Source of the DNA: Blastocatellia bacterium
GTDB taxonomy: Bacteria; Acidobacteriota; Blastocatellia; HR10; J050
Length of the DNA: 64,000 bases
Direction of reading: 5' to 3'
Assembly (NCBI GenBank): GCA_025054955.1
Contig: JANWZE010000031.1
Location: 38,567-102,566, forward strand
Below are positions 58,549 through 64,000 of the stretch, piece after piece. The position numbers were made by a program, and so were the translations under genes. Within the stretch, counting starts at the first letter, position 1. Each line of letters opens with the position of its first letter. The notes under the pieces are model-generated. The model was not told the origin of the DNA, searched no databases, and saw only the letters and a program-made list of their open reading frames with translations.

Positions 58549-59859
58549 ATCAACAAGCAAGCGCAAGAACGATGAAACGCGTAGCAGTAGCACGAAGCCG
58601 CTCGCCGATTCGGTTTGCGCAGGTGATGTCGCAGCCTCGGTAGACGAAGAGATTGGGCGATTGAAGGTAAGGGATTGAGGCGGACTCGGATTGAGTGTGG
58701 AACGACGACCTTGCAGGTACTCCGGGATGGTGGTGGCGTAGATCATGATGTAGCGGCCATCGGGCAGGCGAGCCACAGCGGGGTCCTTAACGCCCAAGGC
58801 TTCGAGGCTGGAGGAGGGGTCAGGCAATAATCTCGCTCCGGCGTCCACCCTCCATGTCACACCGTCAGTGGTAAAGATTGAGTAGATGGCCATGGGCGGG
58901 ATAGCAGGCGGTGGAGGCGGTTGGGCAGCTACGCGAAAACCGTAGAAGCGGTAGCCACCATCTACAGCTAGGCCGTTGGCCATGATCATGTTGCCGGTGG
59001 AGAAGTCGGCTTGGCGAGTGAAGTTCAGGCCGTCGGTGGAGGTAGCATACCAGTTGGCGCCGGGTGTACTGACCTGCCCACCGGCAAACAGGTGCCAGGA
59101 GTTACCAATCAGTATCACAGACGGGTCTAAGACGGCCCTCCCTTGCACGGTCAGGCGGAAGCCGGGTTCCAGTTGAAAGGTGAACCCGTCATCGGAGATG
59201 GCGGAAAAGGTGCGAGGACTGTTGCCGGGGCCGGCCGGCGCGGTCGTGAAGTAAAGTCTCCACTTTCCATCGGGTGTCCGGATGATGTCTGGGTCTACTG
59301 GGTCGGGCTGGCCTGGTGTCAAACCGGCGATGGTCACCCGACGGTAGTTCCACGTCTGGCCGCCGTCCGGTGAGAGCGCGACGACGACCTTGTTGCGGAC
59401 GGCCTGAGGACACCAGGTCACGTAGTAGAGGCGCAACACGCCATCATCGTCCACGATGGCGTCGGGAACGTCAGCCTGATCACTCACAATGCGATTGGCG
59501 CGGGTCCAGGTCAGGCCATCGTCAGAGTAGGCAATCATCAGCCGGTTGGCCCAAGGACCTTGTCGGCCCTCCGGGCCAGGCGGCGGGATGCCATAGCCGG
59601 TGCAGGGCGTGAAGTCGTTGGTGGCCGGCATCGCCGTTTGGAACGCTGCACGCTCCCAGTTTGCTTCAGCTCGGTTCGAGGGCGTGGCTTGAGCATAGTT
59701 GTTTGCCGAGGTAAGGGCGCGCAACTTCTCGCTGCCCAAACCTTCGTTGGGCATACGCTCATTATGGCCATTCACTTCACGCATGCTGACAATTGGAGCA
59801 CGCATTCCTAATAAGACAATCACAACAACAAGACAGCCAATTCGTGTAAGTCTGTTCAT
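58342..59859 (-). CDS. secreted BNR/Asp-box repeat protein (sialidase-like beta-propeller fold); 3' end uncertain
   Basis: RBS GGAGGAG before MNRLTRIG. Asp-boxes SDDGLTWT, SPDGGQTW, TTDGVTWR. The ORF runs 207 bp antisense into the S9 peptidase gene, so its true C-terminus is unclear. Confidence 0.55.
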   Translation of the reverse strand: MNRLTRIGCLVVVIVLLGMRAPIVSMREVNGHNERMPNEGLGSEKLRALTSANNYAQATPSNRAEANWERAAFQTAMPATNDFTPCTGYGIPPPGPEGRQGPWANRLMIAYSDDGLTWTRANRIVSDQADVPDAIVDDDGVLRLYYVTWCPQAVRNKVVVALSPDGGQTWNYRRVTIAGLTPGQPDPVDPDIIRTPDGKWRLYFTTAPAGPGNSPRTFSAISDDGFTFQLEPGFRLTVQGRAVLDPSVILIGNSWHLFAGGQVSTPGANWYATSTDGLNFTRQADFSTGNMIMANGLAVDGGYRFYGFRVAAQPPPPPAIPPMAIYSIFTTDGVTWRVDAGARLLPDPSSSLEALGVKDPAVARLPDGRYIMIYATTIPEYLQGRRSTLNPSPPQSLTFNRPISSSTEAATSPAQTESASGFVLLLRVSSFLRLLVDSLGDHHWFSAQQKFFPKQRHGVQVEIAIEFLAKSVSFIFGSQIPHLSAVLANRFDHLLRFGVRHARVI

Positions 59860-59911
59860 GATCTCCTCCGTCAAAAAAGTCACAGATTGCTCGGATTCCC
59901 ACTGATTTTTC

Positions 59912-59950
59912 TCCTTTGAGCATGTGGCACAGGCATTCGCGCCTGTGCTC
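59912..59950 (-). repeat. family-C motif copy (reverse orientation) in the BNR gene leader
   Basis: Reverse complement reads gagcacaggcgcgaatgcctgtgccacatgctcaaagg. Confidence 0.6.
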
Positions 59951-60206
59951 TATTTTCATGCTTCTTGGCGAGCCTCAGCTCATGAACGATTCCTCGGTGA
60001 AGACCAACGTTGGGCGTGTCCCTCCTTAGTGTCTTTCTCATAACTGTGTTGCCCGAAATGTTGAGACACTGGAGAGTAGGCGTGAGTTTGAAAAAATTTT
60101 CACCGTTGTGAGAATGGGGATCCCCGGACGGGAGAAGCGATGAAAATCCGGCCACGGATGAATACAGATGGACACCGTGTGATGAGACGATCCATGTTGA
60201 TGTGTA

Positions 60207-60270
60207 TCCATCCGTGGTGATTTTCCGGGGAATTGCCCATGATCGCTGAGCACGCCACGAACGATGACAA
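60207..60270 (+). repeat. family-D repeat copy (…g(a/t)ttttccg(a/g)gg(a)attgcccatga(t/g)cgctgagcacgccacgaacga…)
   Basis: Second copy at 63478-63540. Confidence 0.7.
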
Positions 60271-60424
60271 TGGAACAGATCAGTCTGATATAGTTTTACC
60301 CCATGCGCAAATCCACATGAGCCTTCTTGGCTTTTTGCATTCGCTTTGCTACACACTCCAAGAGCATTCAACCTGTTGCTCTCTGCTAGCTTGGGCATTA
60401 AACTAACAATCCGCCGATACGGTT

Positions 60425-61411
60425 ATGTACATGAGGCACACACAACAACCAGCGAGCGCAATGACGCACGATGAGCCAGCCTATCGCCGGCTTTATGAAT
60501 CGGGCGAGCTCCAAGCGCGTGTGGAACGAGCGCGGGCGTTGCTGGAGTCCTGTCGGGCCTGCCCACGCGATTGCAAGGTGAACCGCTTGGAAGACAAAAC
60601 GGCCGCTTGTCATACGGGTCGCTATGCCATCGTCAGTAGCTACTTTCCTCATTTCGGCGAAGAGGATTGCCTGCGCGGTTGGAACGGCTCAGGTACGATT
60701 TTCTTCTCGATGTGCAATCTGCGGTGCGTCTTTTGTCAAAACTACGACATCAGCCAACTCGGACAGGGGCGTGAAGCGCGGCCTCAGCAGTTGGCAGCGA
60801 TGATGCTTGAGCTGCAAGCGCGGGGCTGCCACAACATCAACTTTGTCACGCCCGAGCACGTGGTGCCGCAAATTCTGGAAGCGTTACCGCTGGCTATCGA
60901 GCGCGGCTTACGGTTGCCGCTCGTTTATAACACGAGTGCCTACGACTCACTGGAAAGCTTACAGTTGATGGATGGCGTCATAGATATCTACATGCCCGAT
61001 TTCAAGTTCTGGGACTCTGCCTTGTCGCTGCGCTACCTGAAAGCTAAAGACTACCCTGAAGTGGCCCGTCGCGCGATCAAAGAGATGCACCGTCAAGTCG
61101 GCGACCTTGTGTTGGACGAACACGGATTGGCTCGGCGTGGTCTGCTGGTGCGTCATCTGGTGATGCCTGGCGAGCTGGCCGGGACGCGCCAGATCATGCG
61201 GTTCATCGCGCAGGAGATTTCGCCTGCCACCTACGTCAATATCATGGGGCAGTACTATCCGGCAGGCAAAGTGAGCAGAGAAAAATACACTGAGATTAAT
61301 CGGCGCATCACACCGGAGGAATACGAAGCCGCCTTGCAAGCAGCGTATGAAGAGGGCATACGCCGACTTGATCAACGACCACTCAGGCAACTGTATTGGC
61401 AGTCAGTGTAA
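60425..61411 (+). CDS. radical SAM protein, PflA/PflX-like activase family
   Basis: CNLRCVFCQN (CxxxCxxC with the activase-typical Cx2RCx(Y/F)CxN spacing). Extra N-terminal Cys cluster CRACPRDCKVN. Confidence 0.7.
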   Translation: MYMRHTQQPASAMTHDEPAYRRLYESGELQARVERARALLESCRACPRDCKVNRLEDKTAACHTGRYAIVSSYFPHFGEEDCLRGWNGSGTIFFSMCNLRCVFCQNYDISQLGQGREARPQQLAAMMLELQARGCHNINFVTPEHVVPQILEALPLAIERGLRLPLVYNTSAYDSLESLQLMDGVIDIYMPDFKFWDSALSLRYLKAKDYPEVARRAIKEMHRQVGDLVLDEHGLARRGLLVRHLVMPGELAGTRQIMRFIAQEISPATYVNIMGQYYPAGKVSREKYTEINRRITPEEYEAALQAAYEEGIRRLDQRPLRQLYWQSV

Positions 61412-61418
61412 GCACACA

Positions 61419-61910
61419 ATGCTCGATTACGATCTGATTATCCCCAACCTGTTTGTCGGCGCGCACCCTAGAGGCGGCGCAGAGATTGAATATCTGCGGC
61501 GCGGCCCCCAGATTACGGCTGTGCTGAACCTACAAACTGACGACGATCTTCGCGCCTGGAAGTGCGATTGGCCGACGTTGATCGAACACTATCTGAGGTG
61601 TGGGATACAGGTTCGGCGCGTTCCGATCCGCGACTTCGATGTCGTTGACTTGGGCCGGCAACTGCCCGAAGGTGTCCATGTCTTGAGTCAACTGTTACAG
61701 GCTGGCCATACCGTCTACGTTCACTGCACCGCCGGCGTGTGGCGCGCGCCGACGCTCGTCATTGCATACCTGCACTGGTGTCAAGGGTGGCCTCTGGACG
61801 AGGCGTTTGCCCATGTCAAGCGACAACGTCCCTGCTCACCCAGCCTGGAGGCGCTGCGCACCGCAACGCGTGAGTTTCTGGCCGATCGTCAGGTTCAACG
61901 ACGAGTCTAA
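61419..61910 (+). CDS. dual-specificity / tyrosine protein phosphatase-like protein
   Basis: CX5R P-loop VHCTAGVWRAPT. Start set at MLDYDLIIPNLFVGAHP. Confidence 0.7.
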   Translation: MLDYDLIIPNLFVGAHPRGGAEIEYLRRGPQITAVLNLQTDDDLRAWKCDWPTLIEHYLRCGIQVRRVPIRDFDVVDLGRQLPEGVHVLSQLLQAGHTVYVHCTAGVWRAPTLVIAYLHWCQGWPLDEAFAHVKRQRPCSPSLEALRTATREFLADRQVQRRV

Positions 61911-61923
61911 GGTGAGCCGCAGG

Positions 61924-63153
61924 ATGCTACCGGGCGAAGAGATTCTTCATGAAGTGAACTACCGATCGCTGATCGAGCAACTGCGCCGATTTTCCACGCT
62001 CAAACAACTCTACCGATCCGATGCCTACCGCGCTCACCAACAGGCGCTCTTTTGGGTGCTCAGCGTGCCTCAGCCCTATTTGCTGCAGACGGCGCGGCCA
62101 CGCCTGCATGATTTTGTGCGTGTCGTCCAGTGGAATATCGAAAAAGGCAAAAACTTTGAAGGATTGGTCGAGACGTTTTCGGCTCACCCGATACTGCGCT
62201 ACGCCGATCTGATCCTGTTGAACGAGGTTGATTATGGCATGGCCCGCTCCGGACAGCGGCACGTCGCGCGCGAGCTGGGCCAATGGCTCGGCATGCACGT
62301 CGCCTTTGCGCCGGCCCATCTGGAATTAACCAAAGGCGTCGGCGATGACCGGAGCGCCGAGGGCGATAATCAAACGGCCTTACAGGGTAACGCAATTTTG
62401 TCCCGCTATCCGATGGATCAACTTCGCATCATTGACCTGCCCACGCAATTTGAGCCGTTTGAGTTTGAAGAGAAGCGATTCGGACGACGGATTGCATTGG
62501 TCGCTGAAGTGTTCATCAACCGAGAGAAACTCACCGTCGTCAGCACGCACTTAGAAGTTCGCGCCACACCGCGCGGGCGCGCCAAGCAAATGGCCGCATT
62601 GCTTGCCAGACTCGATCACGTCGAAGGACCGGTGTTGATCGGCGGCGATTTCAACACGGCGATATTTTCCCGTGGAAATCGGTGGCGCACGTTTCAGAGC
62701 ATCGCTCGATTGCTCTGGGCTGAGCCGGCGCAGCTCAAAGACGATTTGTTACACCCTGACAAGGATCACCGAGAACCTTTGTTTGATTTGCTACGACGAC
62801 ACGGATTTTCGTTTGAAGCGTTCAATACGCGCGAGGCAACGCACCGTGCCTCGTTGAGCGAGTTGGAAGAAAATGATCATCTGCCCGCGCTGCTGAGAAA
62901 CTGGGTGATACGTAAACTGCGTCAGTACGATTTCCGGCTCGACTTCAAGCTCGATTGGATCGCTGGGCGTCAGATCAGTCCGTTGACCGCCGATCAACTG
63001 ACCGATTCGCATTCTGGCATTGCCAGCATCAGCCCGCAAACCATTAAACATTTGACCTACCAAGGCCGGAAGATCGCCGATCACGACCCGATTGTAGTGG
63101 ACATCCGGCTGACCGAAGTCCAACGCCATGCACAGGAATCGCTCATGAGCTGA
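61924..63153 (+). CDS. endonuclease/exonuclease/phosphatase (EEP) family protein
   Basis: ...DLILLNEVD... and C-terminal ...DHDPIVVDI... are EEP catalytic motifs. Confidence 0.7.
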   Translation: MLPGEEILHEVNYRSLIEQLRRFSTLKQLYRSDAYRAHQQALFWVLSVPQPYLLQTARPRLHDFVRVVQWNIEKGKNFEGLVETFSAHPILRYADLILLNEVDYGMARSGQRHVARELGQWLGMHVAFAPAHLELTKGVGDDRSAEGDNQTALQGNAILSRYPMDQLRIIDLPTQFEPFEFEEKRFGRRIALVAEVFINREKLTVVSTHLEVRATPRGRAKQMAALLARLDHVEGPVLIGGDFNTAIFSRGNRWRTFQSIARLLWAEPAQLKDDLLHPDKDHREPLFDLLRRHGFSFEAFNTREATHRASLSELEENDHLPALLRNWVIRKLRQYDFRLDFKLDWIAGRQISPLTADQLTDSHSGIASISPQTIKHLTYQGRKIADHDPIVVDIRLTEVQRHAQESLMS

Positions 63154-63177
63154 CGCGCGCCACGAAGGATAAAAATG

Positions 63178-63217
63178 GAGCACACAGGCAGGAATGCCTG
63201 TGCCACATTCTCAAAGG
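63178..63217 (+). repeat. family-C motif copy immediately after the EEP gene stop
   Basis: gagcacacaggcaggaatgcctgtgccacattctcaaagg. Confidence 0.6.
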
Positions 63218-63477
63218 GGCGATCTCAGGAAGCGGCGTCGTTAGACGCCGCAAGCGGGTAGCCAGACGTGAAACGTCTGGCTGGGCGCCATACCCAATCC
63301 CTCACGCCCTGAAGGGGCGCTAGCAGTTCCCCCATTGGGTCGTTCATGCAGTTGAACCGCTCGCCGTGGGCACGCACGTCTTGGCGCGTCTCCAACGCGC
63401 CACGATTGTTCGGCCTGCTGTTCCAGACGTTGCACGTCTGGCTACCTGCTGTTTGTGCCTCCAGCGCAAGCCGCCCT

Positions 63478-63540
63478 CGGACGTTTTCCGAGGAATTGCC
63501 CATGAGCGCTGAGCACGCCACGAACGAGGAAAATACAATT
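63478..63540 (+). repeat. family-D repeat copy
   Basis: gacgttttccgaggaattgcccatgagcgctgagcacgccacgaacgaggaaaat. Confidence 0.7.
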
Positions 63541-63599
63541 CTTTCGTGAAGTTGGTGTGTTTCGTGGGCTATCTTCAAGGGAATCGTCCCCATGCGATT

Positions 63600-63690
63600 G
63601 CACACCGCGAAGAACCTGGGAGCGCCCGCAGCTTGCGGGCTCAACAGGCACGCCCGGAGGCATGCGCTCCCAGCGATTTCACTGGAGGAT
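63600..63690. repeat. variant copy of the structured family-A repeat (outer stem ctgggagcgc...gcgctcccag; inner hairpin cccgcagcttgcggg)
   Basis: Seen directly. Internal order differs from the other copies. Confidence 0.5.
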
Positions 63691-63774
63691 TGAGGCGGCT
63701 GTGGCGACGTACTGGGATATACCTGGTTTGTTGGCTTGTCCTCTTTTTGTACGGGTGGGTATACTTGCCAACCG

Positions 63775-64000
63775 CATGGCTGAGCGAGGGTCGAAGGTTA
63801 CGAACGGAGATCGAGTTTGGCGAGCAAGTATTTTCGTCGTCGGACTGATCTGGTTCAACAGTGGGCTATCGGTTGGCGGAGCATGGCTACAAGACTGCTC
63901 ATCTGAGGCTGTGGCGACGGGTAGGTGTTTTATGGTGCGTGCAGAAGATTGTATTGAACGAGCGGTGAAGCCGTTCGATGAGGTTTGCTCGGAAATCGGC
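63775..64000 (+). CDS. possible 5' part of a gene running off the window edge (MAERGSKVTNGDRVWRASIFVVGLIWF...)
   Basis: Frame open from ATG 63775 to the end of the window. It sits in a repeat-dense region and no homology is recognised. Confidence 0.15.

Noticed and set aside
59912-59950. Sigma-54 promoter (TGGCAC-N5-TTGC) within the family-C motif read on the opposite strand
   Set aside because: The -24 TGGCAC is present, but the -12 element is TTCG, TTCC, TTTC or GTCC in the four copies. None has the required GC dinucleotide at the correct spacing.

Overview
This 64 kb window reads as a high-GC bacterial chromosome segment. The gene content (a TonB-dependent receptor with a CarboxypepD_reg-type N-terminus, sigma-54 two-component regulators, large GT4 clusters) fits an Acidobacteria-like organism, but that assignment is an impression only and cannot be confirmed without a search.

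Gene content, in order:
1. 2-10,674: a polysaccharide/LPS biosynthesis cluster on the + strand. It holds the tail of an upstream glycosyltransferase, six GT4 glycosyltransferases (one a 736-aa two-domain fusion), a class I SAM methyltransferase and an O-antigen ligase/polymerase-like membrane protein.
2. 11,136-25,429: a complex I operon, nuoABCDEFGH-JKLMN. nuoI is missing between nuoH and nuoJ.
3. 25.6-29.5 kb, minus strand: hpt, a clean Rho-independent terminator, and a 1,064-aa TonB-dependent receptor.
4. ~30.1-33.7 kb: a visibly lower-GC island. It carries a Gly-rich secreted protein, a TPR + Fis-HTH regulator, a near-consensus sigma-70 promoter, five tandem paralogous 33-37 aa peptide genes each with its own RBS, a 12-bp-stem hairpin and an ECF sigma factor. 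Next to it lie a sigma-54 response regulator/histidine kinase pair and a PBP-fold protein. I consider this a candidate peptide-signalling, RiPP or small-toxin locus and the most interesting element in the window.
5. 38.0-43.0 kb, minus strand: an iron-uptake-like operon. It encodes an FTR1 permease fused to a Cys-rich domain plus a YHS domain, two FtsX/MacB-type permeases, and an ABC ATPase fused to a complete DtxR-like metalloregulator domain.
6. 43.4-63.2 kb: a GT2, a lipid-A-type acyltransferase, a membrane protein, adenosine deaminase, an M2 (ACE-like) peptidase, ychF, DUF2911, PPOX, a YHS protein, aguB-aguA (agmatine to putrescine), an S9 peptidase, a BNR/Asp-box protein, a PflA-like radical SAM, a dual-specificity phosphatase and an EEP-family enzyme.

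The non-coding DNA is unusually structured. Short tandem duplications (35-80 bp units, two to three copies) of gene 3' or 5' ends recur at eight or more sites. At least four dispersed small repeat families are present. One (family A) shows compensatory base changes that preserve a stem, and in one place it sits nested inside another family.

I recognised no rRNA, tRNA or CRISPR.
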